The notes under the pieces are model-generated. The model was not told the origin of the DNA, made no database searches, and saw only the letters and a list, made by a program, of their open reading frames with translations. A stretch of DNA of 64,000 nucleotides, from assembly GCA_963578605.1 (NCBI GenBank), contig CAUZEA010000001.1:83749-147748 (forward strand). The letters run 5' to 3'. The number at the start of each line of letters is the position of its first letter. The first letter of the stretch is position 1. The position numbers and the translations under genes are program-made. The DNA is from Planctomycetota bacterium. Lineage in GTDB: Bacteria; Planctomycetota; Planctomycetia; Pirellulales; Lacipirellulaceae. Shown one piece after another: positions 57,661 through 64,000 of this stretch.

Positions 57661-58971
57661 ATGACCAAGATTGTTGAAAATACCGCTTTGCTGCTCACCG
57701 AAATTGCTGGCCAGCCGATTGCCGACCTGGTCTCGAAATACGGGACTCCCTGTTACGTCTACGACGCGGAAACGATGACCCGGCGGATTGCCGACCTGGC
57801 CCAATTCGACGTGATCCGCTACGCCATGAAAGCCTGTTCGAACCTCGCGGTGCTCGATCTGATGCGACGCCATGGAGTCGTTGTCGACACGGTAAGTCTT
57901 GGTGAAATCGAGCGTGCCCGTGCCAGTGGATACAAGACCCAACATCCCCAGGTACCGCCCATCGTCTACACAGCCGATATTTTCGATCGGGAATCGCTCG
58001 AATCGGTCGTCGCACAACAAATCGCGGTAAATTTGGGTTCGCCCGACATGATCGATCAATACGGCGAAGCGTATCAGGCCGCGACCCAAAACGGCAGCGA
58101 ACTACCACGTCGCGAAATCACCTTGCGGATTAATCCTGGTTTCGGGCATGGACATAGCCAGAAAACAAATACGGGGGGGGAACAATCAAAACACGGCATC
58201 TGGCATGATCAACTTCAGCAATGTATCGACCAGGTACGCCGATACGATCTGGTGGTCACCGGTATGCACATGCATATTGGCTCGGGAACCGATCTTGCGC
58301 ACCTCAGCCAGGTGTGCGACGCCATGGTCCAGGCCACCACCACCGTGGGACCCTCGGTGGAAATGATCAGTGCCGGCGGCGGGCTGCCCATCGTTTACCA
58401 GCAAGGTGAACAAGAAATTGATATCGCTGCCTATTACCAACTTTGGGACCAGGCCCGCCAGAAACTCGTCCAACAATTCGCGCACCCGGTCAGCCTCGAA
58501 ATTGAACCGGGCCGTTTCCTGGTAGCCGAAAGTGGGTATCTCCTCGCCGAAATTCGGGCCGTCAAAACCATGGGTAACAATTGCTACTACCTGCTCGATG
58601 CCGGCTTCAATAATCTGGCACGCCCCATCCTCTACGGTTCTTACCATCCGATGGCCATTTGTCCGACCCAACAACCCGACCTCTCCAGACCGACCCGCGA
58701 GGTGGTGGTTGGGGGCCCGCTCTGCGAATCGGGTGACATCTTCACCCAAGAAGAAGGTGGTTTCGTCAACCGGCGGACTTTGCCGGAAGCGGGTGTCGGC
58801 GATTATCTGGTCATCGGTTGCGCGGGCGCTTACGGCGCGGTGATGGGCAGCAATTACAACTCCAAGCCGCTCGCCCCGGAAGTTTTGATCGAAAAGGGGA
58901 CGCCCCACCTGGTCCGTGCCCGCCAAACTTTTGAGGATCTTGTCCGAGGGGAACAAATTCCAGGGAAGTAA
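57661..58971 (+). CDS. lysA: Diaminopimelate decarboxylase
   Basis: YGTPCYVYDAETM...IRYAMKACSNLAVL (PLP Lys)...HMHIGSG...VGGPLCESGD...GAYGAVMGSNYNS. Confidence 0.93.
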   Translation: MTKIVENTALLLTEIAGQPIADLVSKYGTPCYVYDAETMTRRIADLAQFDVIRYAMKACSNLAVLDLMRRHGVVVDTVSLGEIERARASGYKTQHPQVPPIVYTADIFDRESLESVVAQQIAVNLGSPDMIDQYGEAYQAATQNGSELPRREITLRINPGFGHGHSQKTNTGGEQSKHGIWHDQLQQCIDQVRRYDLVVTGMHMHIGSGTDLAHLSQVCDAMVQATTTVGPSVEMISAGGGLPIVYQQGEQEIDIAAYYQLWDQARQKLVQQFAHPVSLEIEPGRFLVAESGYLLAEIRAVKTMGNNCYYLLDAGFNNLARPILYGSYHPMAICPTQQPDLSRPTREVVVGGPLCESGDIFTQEEGGFVNRRTLPEAGVGDYLVIGCAGAYGAVMGSNYNSKPLAPEVLIEKGTPHLVRARQTFEDLVRGEQIPGK

Positions 58972-59150
58972 TGGTGTGGATCGACGCCCGCTTGACAAAC
59001 CAGCTGTAGCTAGCTGGCGGCCTGTCCGCGAAACCGGCTGATTTCATCTCAGAACGGCTTGGCCCCTGCCCGATGAGGGGGTAAGATTGTGATATCTTTC
59101 ACAAAGGATCGCGATTTCACAAAAGGCCACCCCACGAGCCTCAATTCCGC

Positions 59151-59549
59151 ATGGCGAAAAAAGGTCCCCGCAAGAAAGTCCCCAAAGAACTGGCCGTGAT
59201 CAATGCAGATAACTGCACTGGTTGCGAGTCGTGCCTGGAGGTCTGCCCGGTTGATTGCATTGAGATGAGATCTATCAATCACGGCATCATCAAGGGTAAT
59301 CAACAGTGGTGTGAAATCGATCTGGAGCGATGCGTGGGATGTGAGATTTGTGTGCACATACCAGGAAAGAAGTCGAACCCGTATGAGCTTTTGGTCTGCC
59401 CCTGGGACGCCATCGAAATGGTCAAGACCGAAAACGTGGCTCAAGTGGTCGCCCAGGTTGGGGGGCCGCCCGAGTATATCCACGACAATTGGGACCGGCT
59501 TGTTGGCACGGCCCAACATCTGGCCGAACTCCGCGGTGCCACCGTCTGA
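59151..59549 (+). CDS. 4Fe-4S dicluster ferredoxin-domain protein
   Basis: CTGCESCLEVCPVDCI and CVGCEICVH...CPWDAI. Confidence 0.8.
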   Translation: MAKKGPRKKVPKELAVINADNCTGCESCLEVCPVDCIEMRSINHGIIKGNQQWCEIDLERCVGCEICVHIPGKKSNPYELLVCPWDAIEMVKTENVAQVVAQVGGPPEYIHDNWDRLVGTAQHLAELRGATV

Positions 59550-59767
59550 GTTTCTTGGCCGTTGAGCTTGGGCATGTTGAACTTTGCTGTTCAAGGTCTG
59601 GTTGGCGATGGCGGATCGTAGCTCGATCGGCAGCGATCCACGGTAAAGTTTCCCACACGGCGATTCTGAGGGTGCGAGTCAGGACCGGGGCCATCGCGAC
59701 TTGCTAGCTCACCAATAATGTTGGATATTAGATTGAACATTGCACGAAGCATGAGGATGTTGAATCA

Positions 59768-61639
59768 ATGCCTCTTGAACCAGGGAAGATCTATCAAGGC
59801 GATTGCCTTGAACAGATGTGTGAAATCGCGGATGGCTCGATCGATCTTGTTTTTGCCGATCCGCCATTTAATATTGGCCACAAGTACGACAAGTATGACG
59901 ATCGTCGGGACGACGGTGCTTATGTCGACTGGTCGAAAGCTTGGATCGAGTCCGTTTACCGCATACTGAAACCAAACGGCACGTTCTGGTTAGCCATTGG
60001 TGACGAATACGCGGCAGAACTGAAGGTCGCCGCCCAGCGGGAAACCCGATTTTGCACCCGCAGCTGGGTCGTGTGGTATTACACATTTGGTGTGAATTGC
60101 ACGAAGAAATTCTCGCGTTCGCACGCACACCTTTTGCATTTCGTAAAAGACGAGAATGATTTCACCTTCAACGCCGACGATCCGGCACTTCGGATCCCTT
60201 CAGCGCGGGCTTTAGTCTACGGCGACAAGCGGGCCAACCCGAAGGGACGCCTGCCGGATGATACCTGGATCCTGCGGCCCCAGGATTTTCAGTCGGACCA
60301 ATACGGCTACGATCCTCGGCAAGACACCTGGTATTTTGCCCGGGTTGCCGGCACTTTCAAAGAACGGCAAGGTTTTCACGGCTGCCAGATGCCTGAACAG
60401 CTTTTGGGGCGGATTGTTCGAACCAGCAGCAACTCGGGGGATCTCGTGCTGGACCCCTTCGCCGGCAGCGGAACGACGCTCGCGGTGGCGAAAAAACTGG
60501 GCCGTCGATGGCTGGGGTGTGAGCTTTCGGCAGACTATGTCCGTTACGCATCCGAGCGACTGGAAGCCGTCAAGCGGGGTGATCCACTGACTGGCCCGGC
60601 CGACCCCATCGCCAGCGCACCGACCACAGCCGCTGGTCGTCGCCTACCCGGGAATCCGGCAGCCGAAGCAGCCGTCCAAGCACAAGAATCGGTGGAATCG
60701 GCTCCCACAGCAGCGTCGGCAACGGCGGGCACCGATCAGGGTACCCAGACCATTAAGCCCGCTCCTGAAGAAAAACAAACGTCTGGCCAGGTCGATCGGA
60801 CTGCGGCGGCAATTTTCACCAGGCCGAATGTCCGCAAGTTCATCCGTGATGTGCTCGTAGATGCCTTCTACGGCACGCATGACGGATACTCCTCCGACTG
60901 GCTCCTGGCCAACCCCGATTTGCAAAATGCCTTTCACGGCGCCTGCCGCCACCAGGGGCTCATTGGCAACCCAGCCGATTGGAATCATGAACTGATCCGC
61001 CTCCGCAAAGCGGGTCAATTCCCCAAACGAGGCAAAACGAGGTCGATCCCGGTAACGGCTGCAGAAATGGATGCCTACAACTTTGCCGCGGAAATCGCAT
61101 GGCGACTGGCAAGCAATGAATTTAAGGACTCCTCGCTCGACGAGATTTTTTGTGATCCGGTAAAAGCAGCCAGTTTCGACCGCCGCGCGAAACGCTTCAC
61201 ACCAGGGTTCCATCCCAGCCAGTATCGCTGGGCAGCACTGCGGCTCCGAAAAGCGAGTCGGGAACTTGTCAAAGAAGTCAAAGCGTTTCACTATGTCTTT
61301 GAAACGCGGAACTTCACGCGATTTCAACGCTGGGACCGGTTGAACCACGACCGCTATGCGGGGATCCCGGGCGTTTATTTGTTGCGGGGCGAGGACAAGC
61401 AACCACTTTATATTGGAGAAACCTCCAACCTGGGTGAACGGCTGAGCCGCCATCGGGACTCTCCAGCGACAGCGCAGAGGGTTCGGCACATTGCCTGGAT
61501 TTCTGATCGCCAGTTGCCGAGTCGTGAATATCGCCAGCCGCTCAAGGTCGCTTTGGTAGATCGGTATCAGCCCCTCTGGAATGTGAATCTGGTCGGCGTT
61601 TCCGAAGAAGTGACTGCGCCAGAAAATCACGTGGTGTGA
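59768..61639 (+). CDS. Beta-class N6/N4 DNA methyltransferase fused through a low-complexity linker and a middle domain to a C-terminal GIY-YIG-like module
   Basis: DLVFADPPFNIG (motif IV) precedes VLDPFAGSGTTLAVA (motif I). Ala/Pro/Thr-rich linker follows. C-terminus is GVYLLRGEDKQPLYIGETSNLGERLSRH...LVDRYQPLWNV. Confidence 0.85.
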   Translation: MPLEPGKIYQGDCLEQMCEIADGSIDLVFADPPFNIGHKYDKYDDRRDDGAYVDWSKAWIESVYRILKPNGTFWLAIGDEYAAELKVAAQRETRFCTRSWVVWYYTFGVNCTKKFSRSHAHLLHFVKDENDFTFNADDPALRIPSARALVYGDKRANPKGRLPDDTWILRPQDFQSDQYGYDPRQDTWYFARVAGTFKERQGFHGCQMPEQLLGRIVRTSSNSGDLVLDPFAGSGTTLAVAKKLGRRWLGCELSADYVRYASERLEAVKRGDPLTGPADPIASAPTTAAGRRLPGNPAAEAAVQAQESVESAPTAASATAGTDQGTQTIKPAPEEKQTSGQVDRTAAAIFTRPNVRKFIRDVLVDAFYGTHDGYSSDWLLANPDLQNAFHGACRHQGLIGNPADWNHELIRLRKAGQFPKRGKTRSIPVTAAEMDAYNFAAEIAWRLASNEFKDSSLDEIFCDPVKAASFDRRAKRFTPGFHPSQYRWAALRLRKASRELVKEVKAFHYVFETRNFTRFQRWDRLNHDRYAGIPGVYLLRGEDKQPLYIGETSNLGERLSRHRDSPATAQRVRHIAWISDRQLPSREYRQPLKVALVDRYQPLWNVNLVGVSEEVTAPENHVV

Positions 61640-61713
61640 ATGCGGCTGACCGATCACCACCAGCAACCCTGCCAGGCGAGCCCAGCAGGCCACGCGAGCC
61701 GGTTTGTACCCGC

Positions 61714-62805
61714 CTAGCCGGATGGATCGGCAACTTCGGTCTGTTGGACCGTCCGGGCAATCTTGCGGTTCTCCTGTTGCACCAGTTGACCGCAGGCAGC
61801 AGCGATATCGGCCCCGAGCGAATAGCGGATGGTTGTTGTGTAGCCAGCCGATTTAAGAATGGTGGCAAACGCATCTCGGCCAACGCGTTCGGTACTTTTC
61901 AGATGGGGTGCCTCTCGGATGGGATTGAATGGAATCAAATTGACGTGCACGCGCAAGCCATTGAGCCACTCCACCAGTTTATGCGCATCGTCAGCTGAAT
62001 CATTACGACCCGCCAACATGAGATATTCAATCATCACGCTGCATCGCTGAATCTGATTGATCCGCTCAAGCGCCATGTGCAGTTCCGCGAGGGAATACCT
62101 GGCTGCCAGGGGAATGATCTGCTGGCGAAACTCCTGGCATGCACTATGCAAACTGAGCGCCAGGTGGACTTCGGGAAACCGCCCCGCAGAGCGGATCATC
62201 GCAGCCGGAATTCCCACCGAAGATATCAAAATGCGCCCCGGTGTGTGGTGGAACAGCCGTGGGTCGAGTAACGCATTAACCGTTTCGTAGAGAGCCTGTT
62301 CATTGTGAAATGGCTCACCCATCCCCATAAATACAATATTGCGTACACGCCGGCCTTCTTCGGCAAGCAGTTCTCCGGCAACCACAATCTGATCCAGCAT
62401 TTCGGCAGCAGAGAGATCGTGGGCAATCCCCATTTTTCCGGTCGCACAAAAGTCGCAGTTCGCAGCGCAGCCAACTTGAGACGAAACACAGAGTGACGTC
62501 CGTCCCGACCCTGATCGCAGCATGACTGTTTCGACCAAATAGCCCTGTGCAGTGCGGAAGAGAACCTTCGTTGCACCGTCCAGTTTCGAGTCGTATCGTC
62601 CCTCGACGGTCAGCGTGCGGAACTTGAGTTGTTGACGAACTGCTGGGCGCTGCTCCGTTGGAATTTCTGCCAGGGCTGCCTCGGGGCCCAACGATTTCTT
62701 GAAGAAAGCGGTGCGCAAACGGCGAATCCGTTGCGGTTCGATGCGGAACTCCGCTCGCAAGCGATCGACCGAAACGGAATCATAAATGCTGCAAGAAGCC
62801 ATCAC
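61714..62805 (-). CDS. rlmN: 23S rRNA/tRNA adenine-C2 methyltransferase, radical SAM
   Basis: CVSSQVGCAANCDFCATGKMG, VFMGMGEP, SLHS, and C-terminal GADIAAACGQL with the conserved Cys. Confidence 0.9.
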   Translation of the reverse strand: MMASCSIYDSVSVDRLRAEFRIEPQRIRRLRTAFFKKSLGPEAALAEIPTEQRPAVRQQLKFRTLTVEGRYDSKLDGATKVLFRTAQGYLVETVMLRSGSGRTSLCVSSQVGCAANCDFCATGKMGIAHDLSAAEMLDQIVVAGELLAEEGRRVRNIVFMGMGEPFHNEQALYETVNALLDPRLFHHTPGRILISSVGIPAAMIRSAGRFPEVHLALSLHSACQEFRQQIIPLAARYSLAELHMALERINQIQRCSVMIEYLMLAGRNDSADDAHKLVEWLNGLRVHVNLIPFNPIREAPHLKSTERVGRDAFATILKSAGYTTTIRYSLGADIAAACGQLVQQENRKIARTVQQTEVADPSG

Positions 62806-62822
62806 GCTGGATCCCGAATCTG

Positions 62823-63872
62823 CTAGTCTTGCCGGGCAATGTCACACGGAACTTTGCTTTTCGCGCCGGGAATCTCGACCACGAATTGGGGGACAGCATA
62901 TCCCGGCAACCGCTCACGTAATTGCTTGAGAATAAACTGGCCCTGATGCGGGGGAACCTCAAAATGGGCCGCGCCCGACACCCGATCGAGCTGGTGCAGA
63001 TAGTAGGGCATGACGCGAAGGTCGACGAGACGTTCGGCAAGCGCCAGTTGGGCCTCCACGGAATCGTTCACCCCCGCAAGCAAGACCGCCTGATTCAAAA
63101 CCGGGATCCCCGCATCAATCAGCGCCCCAATGGCCGTCACGACATCTCCAGCCAGTTCCTGAGCATGATTCGCATGAATGACCATCACCGGCACCAGACG
63201 CGTGCCGGTCAACCACTCGATCAGTTCGGTGGTCACGCGTTCGGGGATGACAACGGGCAAGCGGCTATGAACCCGCAGGCGACGAACATGGGGGATGGCG
63301 GCCAGGCGGTCGGCCAGGGCGGCCAGGTGCTCGTCGACCAGTGTGAGAGGATCGCCACCACTGAAAATCACTTCGTGAATCGATCTGTCCGCGGCAATCG
63401 TGGCCAAAACCGGCTGCCAGCTGGCAAGCGAGTTGGGCGTTTGCTCGTATGGAAAATGCCTGCGAAAACAATAACGGCAATGGACAGCGCAGGCACCGGT
63501 CACCACCAACAACACGCGGCCGGGATATTTCTGGAGCAATCCGGGAGAAAGGGTCGCAGCCGCATCGCCAACGGGATCGGCAACAAATCCGGGCGAATCG
63601 TCCATTTCGGCCTGAACGGGCAGGACCTGACGGAGCAGCGGATCCGCCGGATCACCCGGCACCATCCGGCCAATGTAGCCCCGCGGGGCGAAAAGGGGGA
63701 AATCGCTACAGGCAGCCTTGGCACGCAGGGCAAATTCCTCCGGCAATTCGAGCAGTCCGCAGAGTTCAACCGGATCTCGCACCGCGTCCTTCATCGCCGC
63801 CTGCCACGACTCATAACCGGATTCTGCACTGCCGGGGCGGACAGATGCGGTTGGGCAGGTTAGAATTGGCAT
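62823..63872 (-). CDS. epmB: Lysine 2,3-aminomutase-like radical SAM enzyme (KamA/EpmB family)
   Basis: VTGACAVHCRYCFRRHFPY, FSGGDPL. Divergently adjacent to efp. Confidence 0.75.
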   Translation of the reverse strand: MPILTCPTASVRPGSAESGYESWQAAMKDAVRDPVELCGLLELPEEFALRAKAACSDFPLFAPRGYIGRMVPGDPADPLLRQVLPVQAEMDDSPGFVADPVGDAAATLSPGLLQKYPGRVLLVVTGACAVHCRYCFRRHFPYEQTPNSLASWQPVLATIAADRSIHEVIFSGGDPLTLVDEHLAALADRLAAIPHVRRLRVHSRLPVVIPERVTTELIEWLTGTRLVPVMVIHANHAQELAGDVVTAIGALIDAGIPVLNQAVLLAGVNDSVEAQLALAERLVDLRVMPYYLHQLDRVSGAAHFEVPPHQGQFILKQLRERLPGYAVPQFVVEIPGAKSKVPCDIARQD

Positions 63873-63926
63873 CCACCTGTCCTACCACATCTGCACTTCA
63901 AGGGAAAGCGAACGGGAACACGTATC

Positions 63927-64000
63927 GTGGCCAGCTACAGTACGAACGAATTCAGAAAAGGTCTGAAAATCCAAATTGACGGCGTGCCCTTCCAAATCGT
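63927..64000 (+). CDS. efp: Elongation factor P, 5' fragment (runs off the window)
   Basis: Manual translation from the GTG gives MASYSTNEFRKGLKIQIDGVPFQI, the canonical EF-P N-terminus. Confidence 0.8.
   Translation, partial: MASYSTNEFRKGLKIQIDGVPFQI

Noticed and set aside
60644-61693. 349-codon minus-strand ORF overlapping the methyltransferase 3' half, and similarly the 313-codon plus-strand ORF 62922-63863 inside epmB
   Set aside because: The opposite frames carry recognisable motifs (GIY-YIG; the CxxxCxxC radical SAM cluster). These ORFs have Arg-rich junk composition.

Overview
The window reads as an ordinary chromosomal stretch of a Planctomycetota (Pirellulales-like) genome. That placement is an inference from gene content: tandem PEP-CTERM proteins with dockerin-like repeats, a BBP7-like outer-membrane barrel, HExxH/DUF1570-like peptidases, a multidomain Ser/Thr kinase, PilT, and many exported hypothetical proteins. 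I had no search tools, so every family assignment rests on motifs I could read in the translations.

About 50 protein genes are supported, most on the minus strand. Well-supported housekeeping genes are guaB, hisF, thiS-thiG, dinG-like helicase, pepF, fabH, pyrE, rarA, endonuclease III-like, glyA, infA, lysA, rlmN, and epmB with the 5' end of efp. There is also one tRNA-His(GTG), a degraded ABC-permease remnant, three rho-independent terminator-like hairpins and a set of perfect short tandem duplications. I saw no transposase, integrase, prophage or CRISPR signal.

Most interesting observations:
1. A co-directional gene run with no visible pump, made of three HlyD-type adaptors. One adaptor carries two GAF modules, and another is fused to a PqqD-like domain and an M50 intramembrane protease.
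2. An outer-membrane barrel with a metallothionein-like (CGCESD)n/(CCCESD)n repeat head encoded by 18-bp tandem repeats.
3. A membrane-anchored GspE/PilB paralogue with degenerate ATPase motifs next to an intact PilT.
4. A beta-class DNA methyltransferase fused to a C-terminal GIY-YIG module.
5. A cyclase/Ser-Thr-kinase/TM/Cache protein preceded by an orphan terminator.
6. Perfect 12-32 bp tandem duplications recurring just upstream of genes.
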